DNA of 32,000 bases from Polynucleobacter sp. 86C-FISCH (GCF_018882415.1 NZ_JACVOL010000001.1:875531-907530); one strand, 5' to 3'. Counted from the first letter of the stretch, positions 1 through 11,419 are shown. Notes: generated by a model not told the origin, from the letters alone. A program made the numbers and translations.

Positions 1-913
1 CCAAAAGCTTGGAGGCTTCATTAACGGATTTAGCAACATCGCTTGCCAAACCTTCGGCAAAAAATTCTTTTGGCAAACCAACACGCAAACCTTCTAGTGG
101 TTTTGCTGAATTGTTGTTTCCCTCTTTCCAATTTTGATTGAGGTAACGGCCGTAATCTTCTCCAGAGTCTGCTAAAGAAGTGGAGTCACGCGGATCATGC
201 GAAGACATTGCTGAAAGCAGCAAAGCGCAATCTTCTGCGGTCTTGCCCATCGGGCCCGCTTGATCGAGTGAAGATGCGTAGGCGATCATGCCGTAACGAG
301 ATACGCGCCCATAACTTGGCTTAATTCCGGTTAGGCCACAGAAGGCGGCTGGCTGACGAATGGAGCCGCCAGTATCGGTGCCGGTAGCAATCGGCGCCAA
401 GCCAGCAGCAACCGCTGCAGCAGAGCCGCCAGATGAGCCGCCGGCTACGTGTGCGGCATTCCAAGGATTTAAAACCGGTCCAAAGGCAGAGTTTTCGTTG
501 GAGGAGCCCATCGCGAACTCATCCATATTGGTCTTGCCCAAGCAAACCATGCCAGCGCCATGGGGATTGTTTTCGTCTGGGATTCCCAGATTAGCAACTA
601 CCGTGGCATCAAAGGGACTCTGATATCCAGCCAAGATTTTGGATGCTGCGGTCGACTTCCAGCCACGCGTTACGAAGACATCTTTGTGGGCAACAGGGAT
701 GCCGGTTAACTTGCCAGCTTTGCCAGATGAAATTAGCTGATCTGCTTTATTTGCTTGCTCTAAGCTTAAGTGAGCATTCACATCAAGGTAAGCATTCCAC
801 TGTTTTCCAGCCTCAATACGGTCCAAAAAGTACTGGGTTAGCTCAGTGCTGGAGACCTCTTTTGCAGCCAGTGCTTTTGCCATTAAGGCAATCGGGGTGT
901 TGTGCCAACTCAT
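1..913 (-). CDS. gatA: Glu-tRNA(Gln)/Asp-tRNA(Asn) amidotransferase subunit A, 3'-truncated by the window edge
   Basis: The minus-strand frame is open from the window edge up to the ATG at 913-911. My translation reads [36 protein letters not shown]...[19 protein letters not shown]...[36 protein letters not shown], which carries the amidase signature. An ATGA overlap joins it to the gatC stop. It is missing from the ORF track because it runs off the window. Confidence 0.9.
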   Translation of the reverse strand, partial: MSWHNTPIALMAKALAAKEVSSTELTQYFLDRIEAGKQWNAYLDVNAHLSLEQANKADQLISSGKAGKLTGIPVAHKDVFVTRGWKSTAASKILAGYQSPFDATVVANLGIPDENNPHGAGMVCLGKTNMDEFAMGSSNENSAFGPVLNPWNAAHVAGGSSGGSAAAVAAGLAPIATGTDTGGSIRQPAAFCGLTGIKPSYGRVSRYGMIAYASSLDQAGPMGKTAEDCALLLSAMSSHDPRDSTSLADSGEDYGRYLNQNWKEGNNNSAKPLEGLRVGLPKEFFAEGLASDVAKSVNEASKLL

Positions 914-1203
914 TCGATCACCTTTGGCACCAAGAAGTAGCCATCCTGCTGTGCAGGGGCTGATTGCATGTTTTCAGCGCGGTGGTCTGACTCAGTAACC
1001 TGGTCAGCACGCATAGGCTGAGCCAAATCACGTAAAAAGAGGATTGGATGAGCCAAAGGCTCAAGACCAGTTGTGTCAACTGCTTGCATTTCCTCAACCA
1101 AGGAAAAAATAGCCTGCAATTGAGGCAAAACTGCCTCGGCTTCTGCCTGATTTAACTCAAGCCTAGAAAGGTGCGCAATGCGCTGGACATCATCAAGTTT
1201 CAT
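910..1203 (-). CDS. gatC: Glu-tRNA(Gln) amidotransferase subunit C
   Basis: The 97-aa ORF reads [17 protein letters not shown]...DQVTES...[16 protein letters not shown], typical of GatC. It sits immediately upstream of gatA and is translationally coupled to it. Confidence 0.9.
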   Translation of the reverse strand: MKLDDVQRIAHLSRLELNQAEAEAVLPQLQAIFSLVEEMQAVDTTGLEPLAHPILFLRDLAQPMRADQVTESDHRAENMQSAPAQQDGYFLVPKVIE

Positions 1204-1240
1204 GGGGCGCTAGAGTATCATTCCTATATATTTTCATTAA

Positions 1241-2308
<1,068 letters not shown>

Positions 2309-2332
2309 GCGACATACACGTCGATCAGGGAA

Positions 2333-3259
2333 TTGCAACATAGCGCTCCACCACTTTTCAGACAGGGCATTCCGGCCTTACTTAAACTGATTGTCTGTCT
2401 GTCGATCAGCATCGCTTTGATGCTGATCGATTTTCGTTTCAAAGCACTCGATCCCATCCGCAACAACGTCAATTGGATTTTGCGTCCACTTGAATATGTG
2501 ATGATGATGCCGCGCAATGCGCTCGAAGCAACATCAGAATATTTCACAACAAGATCAACTCTTGATCAAGAAAACCAAGTCATGAAAGTTCGCCAAGCAG
2601 AACTTTCTCTACTGGCAAATCAATCTGAATTCTTGATGGTGGAAAACCAAAACCTGCGCGAGCTAATGGCTTTGCAAAAACAGGTTCCATTCAAAACATT
2701 GCCGGTCGAAATTCTATTTAATCCTCCTAATCCGATTTCTCAGCGCATTGTGATCAATCGCGGCAGTAATGATGGTCTGAAGCTTGGCAACCCCATCGCC
2801 AATGATTCTGGCATTTTGGGCCAGGTAGTCCGCCTCTATGAACGCTCTGCAGAGGTTTCCTTGCTGGAAGACCGCGATTTTGCGGTTCCAGTACAGGTGG
2901 CACGGAATGGCCTTCGTGCAGCGGTCTTTGGCGCTGGGCGCGGCAATCCCCTAGAACTTCGATATTTACCTGTAGCCAGTGATTTAGAAGTCGGCGATAT
3001 TTTGCTGACCTCAGGGATTGACGGTGTTTATCCCCCGGGTTTTGCAGTGGCTGTCATTAGCAAAATTGAGCGCAATGTTGACAAGAATTCATCCAACGTT
3101 TTTTGTGTACCAGTTGCAGCAGTCAATCGCTATCGTCAAGCACTCGCGCTTTTATATGATCCGCAATTTGATGCTAAAGCACCAACAAATAATAAGTCAG
3201 CCACTGGTGTAACCAATACACCGGGACGTCGACAAACTCGTGCGCGGGGAATGCAATGA
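2333..3259 (+). CDS. mreC: Rod-shape determining protein MreC
   Basis: A TTG start at 2333 is preceded by AGGGA. The N-terminus reads SAPPLFRQG and is followed by a TM helix, a coiled-coil stretch and a C-terminal beta-rich domain. It lies between mreB and mreD. Confidence 0.88.
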   Translation: MQHSAPPLFRQGIPALLKLIVCLSISIALMLIDFRFKALDPIRNNVNWILRPLEYVMMMPRNALEATSEYFTTRSTLDQENQVMKVRQAELSLLANQSEFLMVENQNLRELMALQKQVPFKTLPVEILFNPPNPISQRIVINRGSNDGLKLGNPIANDSGILGQVVRLYERSAEVSLLEDRDFAVPVQVARNGLRAAVFGAGRGNPLELRYLPVASDLEVGDILLTSGIDGVYPPGFAVAVISKIERNVDKNSSNVFCVPVAAVNRYRQALALLYDPQFDAKAPTNNKSATGVTNTPGRRQTRARGMQ

Positions 3260-3780
3260 TTGATTTCCAAAGCGGCTACATTCTGCGCCCGGTAAATCCG
3301 GTCTTTATTTACTTCAGCTTATTTTGTGCGCTGCTATTAAATCTGCTGCCGATTGGTAATTATGGTTGGGTGCCAGATTGGTTAATTCTGTGCATCGTGT
3401 TTTGGAATATTCATCAGCATCGCTATGTGAGCGTGATCACCGCCTTCATTCTGGGCTTGATGATGGATGTTCACAACTCCGATCTACTTGGCTTGCATGC
3501 CTTTAGTTACTCGCTTGTTGCTTACGTTGCCATCTCCTGGCACAGGCGCATCGTGGCTCTCACCGTGCTTTCACAAGCACTGCATCTACTCCCGATTTTC
3601 TTATTGGTATCACTCTTTCCCGTGCTGGCACATTGGTTGCTAAGCGGCGAACTTTATTGGTGGGCTCTCACAGGTGCTATTCAAGCGCTGATAGAGGCAA
3701 TGCTCTGGCCAATAGCGACGCGCATCCTACTTGCGCCACAGCGTCGTCCTATAGATGTTGATCACAATCGACCTCTCTAA
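3256..3780 (+). CDS. mreD: Rod-shape determining protein MreD
   Basis: A 174-aa polytopic membrane protein with a 4-nt ATGA overlap onto the mreC stop. Its operon position is canonical. Confidence 0.85.
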   Translation: MIDFQSGYILRPVNPVFIYFSLFCALLLNLLPIGNYGWVPDWLILCIVFWNIHQHRYVSVITAFILGLMMDVHNSDLLGLHAFSYSLVAYVAISWHRRIVALTVLSQALHLLPIFLLVSLFPVLAHWLLSGELYWWALTGAIQALIEAMLWPIATRILLAPQRRPIDVDHNRPL

Positions 3781-3788
3781 GAAACAAG

Positions 3789-5696
3789 ATGGTTTCTTTT
3801 AAAAAGCCTGACCTAGACTCATTTCAAGAGCGCATTCATATTGCGACTCTGTTTGTCACCGTTTGTTTTTTTCTGCTCGTCACTCGTCTTGTATGGCTAC
3901 AACTAGTCAGCCATGGAAAATATGCTCTATTGGCAGAAAGCAATCGTATTGCTCTCGTTCCTGCTCCTGCAAACCGAGGCCTACTAATTGACCGCAATGG
4001 CATTGTGATCGGCAGGAATTATTCCGCCCTCACCCTGGATGTGAATGCTGAAGAGGTAAAAGGCAACGTAGACCAACTGATTAGCGATCTTTCCGAAATT
4101 ATTGATATTTCACCCAGAGATAAGCGTAATTTCAAGCGATCCCTCGAAGATTCACGGAATATGGGCACTTTTCCCCTGCGTTCTATGCTCAACGAGACTG
4201 AAACTGCCCGTTTTATGGCAAATCGCTACCGTTTTCCTGGGGTAGAAATCCGGGCTAGGAGCTTCCGGGAGTACCCATACAACGAATTAGCCTCCCATTT
4301 AATTGGCTATATTGGCCGCGTTTCGCAGAAAGATAAGGAGCGCATGCAGGCCGAAATCGAGGGCGCCAAGGCTGATGATCCAGACGCTTTACAGGCATCT
4401 TTCTTGCCGGGTATTCAGTACGTTGGAAAGATTGGTTTAGAGCAAAGCTATGAAACTGTTTTGCGTGGAGTGCCTGGATACGACCAAGTAGAAATTACTG
4501 CCGGCGGAAAACCCGTGCGCACACTTTCTAGCTCACCTTCAGTTCCCGGAAAGAATGTGGTTCTTTCGGTTGATATCAAACTGCAATATTTGGTTGAGCA
4601 GCTTTATGGAAATTTCCGTGGCGCGTTTGTCGCGATTGAACCCGAGACTGGAGATGTCTTGGCATTTGTTTCTAAGCCCAACTTCAATCCAAATGACTTT
4701 GTTGAGGGCATTGATTCAGTAACGTGGAAAGAGCTAAACGACTCGCCTCAAAAGCCGCTCTATAACCGTCCGCTGAAAGGCATCTACCCACCAGGTTCAA
4801 CTTATAAACCTTTCATGGCACTAGCGGCACTAGAAAATAAAAAGCGCACGCCATCCCAATCCATCTCCGATCCTGGTTACTTTGACTTTGGTAATCACAC
4901 TTTCCGTGATGACAAAAAAGGTGGCCATGGCATTGTGGATATGCAAAAGTCGATTGTTGAATCTTGCGACACCTATTACTACTTGCTTGCCCGCGATATG
5001 GGCGTCAACATGATGCATGACTTTATGAAGCCACTTGGCTTTGGCCAAATTACTGGTATTGATTTGCAAGGTGAAGCAAGAGGCGTTCTACCATCTACTG
5101 AGTGGAAGAAAAATACTTTCAAAAAACCAGAGCAGCAAAAATGGTACGAAGGTGAAACCATTTCTCTCGGCATCGGACAGGGCTATAACGCGTTTACTAT
5201 TTTGCAGTTAGCTCATGCCATGGCGAACGTGGCTAATAACGGCATTGTGATGAAGCCACACTTAGTGAAAGCAATTGAAGATCCATTCACGAGAAACAGA
5301 GTGCTCACAACGCCCAAAGAAAGTTATCGCATCGATCTCAATGCAGAAAATATTGAAGTCATTAAGAAAGCGATGCTTGAGGTAAACATTTCAGGCACCT
5401 CTGCCGCTGCATTTAAAGGCACCGGATATCAAGTTGGTGGAAAAACAGGAACTGCACAAGTCTTTAGTTTGAATTCCAAAGAATATAAACATAGTGCTAC
5501 TGCAGAATTCTTACGTGACCATGCTCTATACATAGCATTTGCTCCCGTAGACAAGCCAACTATCGTAATTGCGATGGTTGTGGAGAATGCCGGCTTCGGT
5601 GCACAGCATGCAGCGCCGATTGCACGCAAGGCGTTGGACTTTTACATTGAGGGCAAGTGGCCTAAGGAGATTCCTGAATGGAAAAGAGCCCCTTAA
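3789..5696 (+). CDS. mrdA: Penicillin-binding protein 2 (elongasome transpeptidase)
   Basis: A 635-aa ORF with an N-terminal TM anchor. It has the active-site SxxK motif (GSTYKPF) and the KTGT motif (GGKTGTAQ), and is followed by rodA. Confidence 0.95.
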   Translation: MVSFKKPDLDSFQERIHIATLFVTVCFFLLVTRLVWLQLVSHGKYALLAESNRIALVPAPANRGLLIDRNGIVIGRNYSALTLDVNAEEVKGNVDQLISDLSEIIDISPRDKRNFKRSLEDSRNMGTFPLRSMLNETETARFMANRYRFPGVEIRARSFREYPYNELASHLIGYIGRVSQKDKERMQAEIEGAKADDPDALQASFLPGIQYVGKIGLEQSYETVLRGVPGYDQVEITAGGKPVRTLSSSPSVPGKNVVLSVDIKLQYLVEQLYGNFRGAFVAIEPETGDVLAFVSKPNFNPNDFVEGIDSVTWKELNDSPQKPLYNRPLKGIYPPGSTYKPFMALAALENKKRTPSQSISDPGYFDFGNHTFRDDKKGGHGIVDMQKSIVESCDTYYYLLARDMGVNMMHDFMKPLGFGQITGIDLQGEARGVLPSTEWKKNTFKKPEQQKWYEGETISLGIGQGYNAFTILQLAHAMANVANNGIVMKPHLVKAIEDPFTRNRVLTTPKESYRIDLNAENIEVIKKAMLEVNISGTSAAAFKGTGYQVGGKTGTAQVFSLNSKEYKHSATAEFLRDHALYIAFAPVDKPTIVIAMVVENAGFGAQHAAPIARKALDFYIEGKWPKEIPEWKRAP

Positions 5697-6829
5697 CTAA
5701 AGTTCAAGGATTTTTCTTTAGCATCTTTGCTGGATTAGACCGCCAGCTAGGCCTTATTCTGCTTGGCTTAGCGGCTATTGGCTTTTTTACTTTTTTATCA
5801 GCAAGTCAAAATACTCCCGTACAAATTGCAGAAGAGTTGCGCAATCTTGCGCTCTCCTTTGTGGTGATGTGGATCGTTTCACGCATACCGCCAAAATGGT
5901 TAGAGATGGGTGCAGTTTGGATTTATGGGTTTGGTGTTGCTCTTTTAATTGCAGTAGCTGCATTTGGATTAATCAAAAAAGGTGCGCGTCGCTGGCTCAA
6001 TATTGGAGTTGTGATTCAACCATCTGAAATTATGAAAATTGCAATGCCACTCATGCTTGCTTGGTATTTTCAAAGGCGCGAGGGCATTCAAAAAAACTGG
6101 GACTATGCAGTTGCCGCCATTATTTTAGCGATCCCTGTTTTTTTAATTGCACGTCAGCCCGATCTAGGAACCGCTCTCTTGGTTTTTGCTGCGGGACTTT
6201 ACGTCATTATTTTGGCGGGCCTGCCCTGGAAATGGATTTTGCCTTTTGTTGCTCTAGGCGTTATTGGCATTCTGCTAATTATTATTTTCGGCAGCACCAT
6301 CTGCGCACATGATGTAGTTTGGCCGCTTGTACATAATTATCAAAAGCATCGTGTTTGCACTTTGCTAGATCCAACTAGCGATCCATTAGGCAAAGGCTTT
6401 CACACCATTCAATCCATGATTGCGATTGGCTCAGGTGGATTCTTTGGTAAGGGTTGGTTTCAGGGAACTCAGGCACATTTGGAATTCATTCCAGAAAAAC
6501 ATACCGACTTTGTGTTTGCCGTTTTCTCCGAAGAGTTTGGCCTATTAGGCAACCTAGTATTGCTTGCACTTTTCTTCGCTCTGATTAAAAGAGGACTCGC
6601 CATCTCTGCAAGTGCACCCAATTTATTTACAAGACTTCTGGGCGCTGCTGTAACTTTGATCTTCTTTACCTATGCGTTTGTGAATATCGGCATGGTGAGC
6701 GGTCTATTGCCAGTTGTTGGGGTACCGTTACCATTTATTAGCTACGGTGGTACTGCGCTCGTTACCTTAGGATTTGGTGCGGGCATATTGATGAGCATTC
6801 ATCGCCATCGCCGCTTAGTGCAAAGCTAA
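5678..6829 (+). CDS. rodA: SEDS-family peptidoglycan polymerase RodA
   Basis: A 383-aa polytopic protein with the motifs QPSEIMKIA, HTDFVFAV and PLPFISYGGTAL. It overlaps the mrdA 3' end by 19 nt. Confidence 0.95.
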   Translation: MEKSPLTKVQGFFFSIFAGLDRQLGLILLGLAAIGFFTFLSASQNTPVQIAEELRNLALSFVVMWIVSRIPPKWLEMGAVWIYGFGVALLIAVAAFGLIKKGARRWLNIGVVIQPSEIMKIAMPLMLAWYFQRREGIQKNWDYAVAAIILAIPVFLIARQPDLGTALLVFAAGLYVIILAGLPWKWILPFVALGVIGILLIIIFGSTICAHDVVWPLVHNYQKHRVCTLLDPTSDPLGKGFHTIQSMIAIGSGGFFGKGWFQGTQAHLEFIPEKHTDFVFAVFSEEFGLLGNLVLLALFFALIKRGLAISASAPNLFTRLLGAAVTLIFFTYAFVNIGMVSGLLPVVGVPLPFISYGGTALVTLGFGAGILMSIHRHRRLVQS

Positions 6830-6867
6830 ATACAAATTGTTTTAAAAGTCCGCAATTCTTGAGGAAA

Positions 6868-6897
6868 TAAAAAAGCCCGGCATGCCGGGCTTTTTTA
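6868..6897. terminator. Bidirectional rho-independent terminator between rodA and the HU gene
   Basis: A perfect 16-nt GC-rich palindrome GCCCGGCATGCCGGGC (6875-6890) is flanked by an A-run on the left and a T-run on the right. Confidence 0.85.
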
Positions 6898-6912
6898 TCA
6901 ACAAAGAAAGAA

Positions 6913-7197
6913 TTACTTCTTACGCTTGTTAACAGAATCTTTAAATGCTTTACCAGCAGAAAACTTAACAGTTTTTGCAGCAGCGATTTTGAGTGGCTCG
7001 CCAGTTTTTGGGTTGCGACCCATACGTGCAGCACGCTTGCCAGAAGCAAAAGTACCAAAGCCGATCAGTTGTACTGAGTCACCTTTAGTAACAGCTTTGA
7101 TGATTGTGTCGATTGCAGAATTCAATGCGAATTCAGCTTTGGCTTTAGAAATCTCCGCGTCGTCAGCAATCGCTGCGATTAGTTCGGCTTTGTTCAA
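6913..7197 (-). CDS. hupB: Nucleoid-associated DNA-binding protein HU
   Basis: The sequence [11 protein letters not shown]...[43 protein letters not shown] is a classic HU/IHF fold. I place the start at the TTG at 7197 because TAAGGAG lies about 7 nt upstream. The longer 106-aa ORF in the track adds a non-homologous N-terminus. Confidence 0.9.
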   Translation of the reverse strand: MNKAELIAAIADDAEISKAKAEFALNSAIDTIIKAVTKGDSVQLIGFGTFASGKRAARMGRNPKTGEPLKIAAAKTVKFSAGKAFKDSVNKRKK

Positions 7198-7310
7198 GTG
7201 AAGCTCCTTATAGATATTGATGTCAGCGCACATTACGCTTACATGATTTTAACCACAAAAAATTACAAAAATAAAGTTGCGTTACAGCAATTTTTTAATA
7301 CGACTACAAA

Positions 7311-7676
7311 CTACTCATCCAAAACTACGATATCAGAAACAAAATACTCCGTATCGCCAAAACAGGTTGTCGGCAAACCGATGTGTTGCTCATACTTTAG
7401 GGCAACCTTTTTTCCTAAATTAGCATTTATTTTTTGCGCCACAGCATCTTCACGCACCGTAAAGAGGAATTTTTCTGACATAGTGCCTGGCATAGAAACC
7501 ATAGCCAACTCACCTTCCCAGGTTTTGCATACATAGCCGCGATTAGAGAATTTCTGCACATATCCAGCGCGCTCACCGCTTCCGTAGCTCCAAGTGAGCA
7601 TCCCCCATGTATAGGCCGAAATACCCACTAACCCAATTAAAACAAGGCTTAAGAGCCACTTTATAAAGCTATTCAT
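7311..7676 (-). CDS. Conserved membrane-anchored hypothetical protein
   Basis: A 121-aa ORF with one N-terminal TM helix (WLLSLVLIGLVGISAYTW) and a soluble beta-rich domain. I do not recognise a family. Confidence 0.6.
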   Translation of the reverse strand: MNSFIKWLLSLVLIGLVGISAYTWGMLTWSYGSGERAGYVQKFSNRGYVCKTWEGELAMVSMPGTMSEKFLFTVREDAVAQKINANLGKKVALKYEQHIGLPTTCFGDTEYFVSDIVVLDE

Positions 7677-7827
7677 CAGAATTTCCTTGGTAAATCACCA
7701 CATAAACCCTAAGCGGGTACTTATATCTTCTATAGGAAGTATATGAGCATCTAGATGCGAGAAATAGTCTATTTGAGGCCAGCATCCAAATTAAAATATC
7801 CATTACTACCTTAAATAGACAAAACAT

Positions 7828-8730
7828 ATGGAAATCCGCCACGTCATCTTTTTTATTTTTGTAGCGTCAGCTATTTATGTCTATTTCAGGGGAAAGGTGC
7901 GTTTTGGCGTAGTAAGGTCTCTTACGGACTACCAGGTGCTTCTAGCGCCGGTAAATACCCTGCTGTATCTCTTTTCAAAAGTGAAGGCCAGCGCCTTTAT
8001 TCCAGTTAGCCAATTTCCTGAGATGAAGCCCATTCAAGAAAACTGGGAAACCATTCGCCAGGAAGCGCTTTCTCTGCAGGAAGGTGGGTCAATTGCAGCG
8101 GCTACCGGTTATAACGACATTGGGTTTAATTCATTCTTTCGCACCGGCTGGAAGCGTTTTCACCTTTGCTGGTACGGAAAAGAGGTGCCGTCGGCCCAAG
8201 CTAAATGCCCGAAAACAGTCGCCCTACTGAAATCAATCCCCTCCGTCAAAGCGGCCATGTTCGCGTCGCTACCACCTGGAGCAACTTTGGTGCGGCACCG
8301 AGACCCCTATGCAGGCTCCTTGCGCTATCACATTGGCTTATCTACACCGAACAACCCCAAGTGCTTTATTGATGTTGATGGCGAACGCTATTACTGGAAA
8401 GATGGTGAAGCGGTGATGTTTGATGAAACCTACATTCACTTTGCCGCCAATGAAACCGATCAGCAGAGGATCATTTTGTTTTGCGATGTTGAGCGACCTG
8501 TTTACACCAAAGTTGTTGAATTATTCAATCGCTGGTTTGGGCGATACGTAATGAGTGCAGCCTCCTCTCAAAACGTAGAAGGTGAAAAAGTTGGGTTTGT
8601 TAATGTTCTATTTACCTATTTTTACCAACTTCGCGCGCAAGCCAAAAAGCTAAAAGCAAAACATCGCACTGTTTATTACGTAGGCAAGTGGGTGCTCATT
8701 CTGGGAATTTTGTGGGCTATTTTTTGGTAG
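7828..8730 (+). CDS. lpxO: Aspartyl/asparaginyl beta-hydroxylase family dioxygenase, LpxO-like lipid A hydroxylase
   Basis: A 300-aa ORF with N- and C-terminal TM helices. The motifs GWKRF, HRDPYAGSLRYHIGLSTPN and MFDETYIHFAANET closely match my memory of Salmonella LpxO. Confidence 0.8.
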   Translation: MEIRHVIFFIFVASAIYVYFRGKVRFGVVRSLTDYQVLLAPVNTLLYLFSKVKASAFIPVSQFPEMKPIQENWETIRQEALSLQEGGSIAAATGYNDIGFNSFFRTGWKRFHLCWYGKEVPSAQAKCPKTVALLKSIPSVKAAMFASLPPGATLVRHRDPYAGSLRYHIGLSTPNNPKCFIDVDGERYYWKDGEAVMFDETYIHFAANETDQQRIILFCDVERPVYTKVVELFNRWFGRYVMSAASSQNVEGEKVGFVNVLFTYFYQLRAQAKKLKAKHRTVYYVGKWVLILGILWAIFW

Positions 8731-8744
8731 GCTGAAACATGGTC

Positions 8745-9044
8745 TTAGGGACTCAACAGCTGAGCAATTTGCTCTGGACTAATGGGCCCCCAAATTTCCA
8801 CTCTTTTCTTGCGGCTATTTTGACCAGAAACAAATTGAATTTGCTTCTGAGGCACTCTTAATTGCTTAGAAAGCCAGGCCAATAGAAGTTCATTTGCCTT
8901 GTTTTCAAGGGCAGGCGCCTGTAGAGAAATTTTTAAACAGCCATCATGCAGACCAACTACCTTGGTTTGTTTTGCGCCTGGCTGGCAGTGCAAATTTAGG
9001 ATGATTCCAGTGGGGGTTTGTTTTAACCAAATAGGTGTCATCAA
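8745..9044 (-). CDS. yggU: DUF167/YggU (UPF0235) family protein
   Basis: A 99-aa ORF with the pattern ...GAKQTKVVGLHDGCLKISLQAPALENKANELLLAWLSKQLRVPQKQIQFVSGQNSRKKRVEI, typical of the YggU family. Confidence 0.8.
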   Translation of the reverse strand: MMTPIWLKQTPTGIILNLHCQPGAKQTKVVGLHDGCLKISLQAPALENKANELLLAWLSKQLRVPQKQIQFVSGQNSRKKRVEIWGPISPEQIAQLLSP

Positions 9045-9063
9045 AGTACTTTAAACTGAAACC

Positions 9064-9735
9064 ATGACGATGAAGAATTCCCAAGCTTTAGAGCAACTAT
9101 TTTCAAACAATCGCGCCTGGGCCGAAAGTATGGTGGCTAAGGATGCCAACTTCTTTAAGCGCCTGGTTTCTCAACAAGCTCCGGAGTATCTTTGGATTGG
9201 CTGCTCTGATAGTCGAGTGCCGGCAAATGACATTGTCAATTTATTGCCCGGTGAATTATTTGTTCATCGAAATGTTGCAAACGTAGTTGTCCATACTGAT
9301 TTGAATTGTTTATCGGTTATTCAATTTGCCATCGACTTACTTAAGGTAAAGCACATACTGGTGGTAGGTCATTACGGCTGCTCTGGTGTACATGCAGCAT
9401 TAACTGATAAGCGCGTTGGTCTTGCCGATAACTGGTTACGGCACGTTAAAGATGTGCATCAAAAACATGAGCGCTATCTGGGTGACATGATCCCAACTCC
9501 AAAACGTCAAGATCGATTATGCGAGCTCAACGTCATTGAGCAAGTAGTGAACGTTTGCGAAACTACTATCGTGCAAGATGCATGGGCGCGTGGACAAGAT
9601 CTAACGGTTCATGGTTGGGCTTATCGACTTGAGACTGGCCTTGTTAATGATTTAGGTATGTCAAGCAGCTCTATCGAAGAAATGACTGAGCGTTATGCAA
9701 AGTCAGTAAAGCGTTACGAACTAGCGCAAAATTAA
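9064..9735 (+). CDS. can: Beta-class carbonic anhydrase
   Basis: A 223-aa ORF with the zinc ligand motifs CSDSRVP and GHYGCSGV. Similarity to E. coli Can runs along its length (ELFVHRNVANVV, TDLNCLSV, LCELNVIEQV). Confidence 0.93.
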   Translation: MTMKNSQALEQLFSNNRAWAESMVAKDANFFKRLVSQQAPEYLWIGCSDSRVPANDIVNLLPGELFVHRNVANVVVHTDLNCLSVIQFAIDLLKVKHILVVGHYGCSGVHAALTDKRVGLADNWLRHVKDVHQKHERYLGDMIPTPKRQDRLCELNVIEQVVNVCETTIVQDAWARGQDLTVHGWAYRLETGLVNDLGMSSSSIEEMTERYAKSVKRYELAQN

Positions 9736-9736
9736 T

Positions 9737-10636
9737 TTGCTCAAATCTTTTTCTAACCATGTAGTCGTTGCACTACTCAAGCTTCTTGCGCTGCTACCTT
9801 ATAGATTATTAGTTGCCATTGGTTATGGGCTTGGCTTTATAGCCGCTCGCATTCCCGGCGATAGAAATCGGGTTGTAAAAACCAATCTGCGACTATGCTT
9901 TCCGAAACTAAGCTCAGCTGAAATTGATAGCTTAAGCAAACAACATTGGCGCTTACTCGGCCGTAGTCTTATAGAAAAAAGCATTATTTGGTGCGGTAGC
10001 TCAAAACAATTGAGCAATATGATCGAAGTGAAATCGGCCGTAGATCTTTCCAGCAAAAAACCTCGCATCTTAGTGAATATGCACTTCACCGGAATTGAAG
10101 GTAGCATTATTTTGAGTGCGCTTAGCAAAGAAAAGCACTGGCCACGTACTTCCGGATTTTTTCAGAGAATGAAGAATCCATTTTTTAATAAAAAAATTGT
10201 GGAATGGCGCAATCGTTTTGGCGGCAACTCTATTGATCGGCAGGGAAATGTTAAAGCCATCATTCGAGAAATTCGTAACGGTGACTTCATCATCATTGCG
10301 CCGGATATTGATTTAGGTCTCAAAGATTCTGAGTTCGTACCATTTTTTGGCATTCAAACTAATACGATCACCACGATTTCTCGCTTAGCCAAAATTACTG
10401 GCGCCGACGTGTGTCTAATGACAACCACCTTGAAAGCAGATGAATCTGGATATCTATGTGAAATTGGAAAACCATTAGAGAATTTTCCCGGGGAAGATCC
10501 AAAATCAGATACTGCCCGCCTTAACCAATACTTTGAAGATGAAATTCGACTGCGCCCAGCGGAATACTATTGGGTTCACAAGCGCTTCAAAAACCGCCCC
10601 GACAACAGTCCAAGCCCCTATAACCCTTCTATCTAG
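9737..10636 (+). CDS. lpxL: Lipid A biosynthesis lauroyl/myristoyl acyltransferase (LpxL/HtrB family)
   Basis: A 299-aa ORF with an N-terminal TM helix, the HX4E catalytic motif (NMHFTGIEG) and a C-terminal PAEYYWVHKRFK. The start is a TTG one nt after the can stop. Confidence 0.8.
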   Translation: MLKSFSNHVVVALLKLLALLPYRLLVAIGYGLGFIAARIPGDRNRVVKTNLRLCFPKLSSAEIDSLSKQHWRLLGRSLIEKSIIWCGSSKQLSNMIEVKSAVDLSSKKPRILVNMHFTGIEGSIILSALSKEKHWPRTSGFFQRMKNPFFNKKIVEWRNRFGGNSIDRQGNVKAIIREIRNGDFIIIAPDIDLGLKDSEFVPFFGIQTNTITTISRLAKITGADVCLMTTTLKADESGYLCEIGKPLENFPGEDPKSDTARLNQYFEDEIRLRPAEYYWVHKRFKNRPDNSPSPYNPSI

Positions 10637-10661
10637 AGGCCTTTTGTCCTATCATTAAGGG

Positions 10662-11414
10662 ATGACTGAACGTATTGGGCTATTTGCCGACCTCCACAGT
10701 AATTTAGAGGCTTTTGATGCTTGTATGGCTCGCGCCGAAGGGCTTGGGGTAACCCGGATGGTTTTCTTGGGCGACCTAGTGGGCTATAACGCAGACCCTG
10801 TCGCGCTCGTTGATCGCATTGCCGATCTCGTAGACAACAAAAAAGCGATTGCCATTCTCGGCAATCATGATGAAGCTGTATTTAAGGACAGCCGCAGTCA
10901 AATGAACTCCAGCGCAAATGCTGCTATTGAATGGACTAAGTCTCAGCTTAATTCTGGCCATGTAGAGTTTCTTAAAAATCTTCCGCTCATGGTTCAAGAA
11001 GATCAGATTTGTTTTGTCCACGCCTCCGCACATAATCCTGCTGACTGGAATTACATTACCGATAGCATGAGCGCTTGGCGCTGCGTACAAAACTCTGGGA
11101 AAAATTACACCTTTGTTGGTCATGCGCACGAACAAGCTTTGTTTTATCAAAGCGCCGTTGGCAAACTCATACGTTTTGCGCCGCATCCTGGCGATGAAAT
11201 TCCAGTGCTGCACCATCGTCAGTGGGTTGGGGTTGTGGGCTCACTCGGTCAACCCAGAGATGGCAATCCAGAGGCATGCTTTGCAGTTTTTGAACCCGAA
11301 TCTGAAATGCTCACCTTTCATCGCACCCCCTACGATCACTTTACTGCTGCCGACAAAGTGCGTCGCGCTGGACTGCCAGAAGATTTGGCTAATCGCCTCA
11401 TTACAGGCAAGTAA
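10662..11414 (+). CDS. Calcineurin-like metallophosphoesterase (putative protein phosphatase)
   Basis: A 250-aa ORF with the metallophosphoesterase motif series DLHSN, GDLVGYNADP, GNHD and GHAH. It ends 5 nt before the kinase gene. Confidence 0.85.
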   Translation: MTERIGLFADLHSNLEAFDACMARAEGLGVTRMVFLGDLVGYNADPVALVDRIADLVDNKKAIAILGNHDEAVFKDSRSQMNSSANAAIEWTKSQLNSGHVEFLKNLPLMVQEDQICFVHASAHNPADWNYITDSMSAWRCVQNSGKNYTFVGHAHEQALFYQSAVGKLIRFAPHPGDEIPVLHHRQWVGVVGSLGQPRDGNPEACFAVFEPESEMLTFHRTPYDHFTAADKVRRAGLPEDLANRLITGK

Positions 11415-11419
11415 ATCTC

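Noticed and set aside
360-963. Two plus-strand ORFs (87 and 106 aa) listed in the track.
   Set aside because: They lie antisense to a clearly conserved gatA reading frame. Their Ala/Pro- or Cys/Leu-rich sequences look like antisense artefacts.
6926-7536. Plus-strand ORFs 6926-7201 and 7198-7536.
   Set aside because: They lie antisense to the HU gene and to the 121-aa membrane protein gene respectively. Their sequences are low-complexity.
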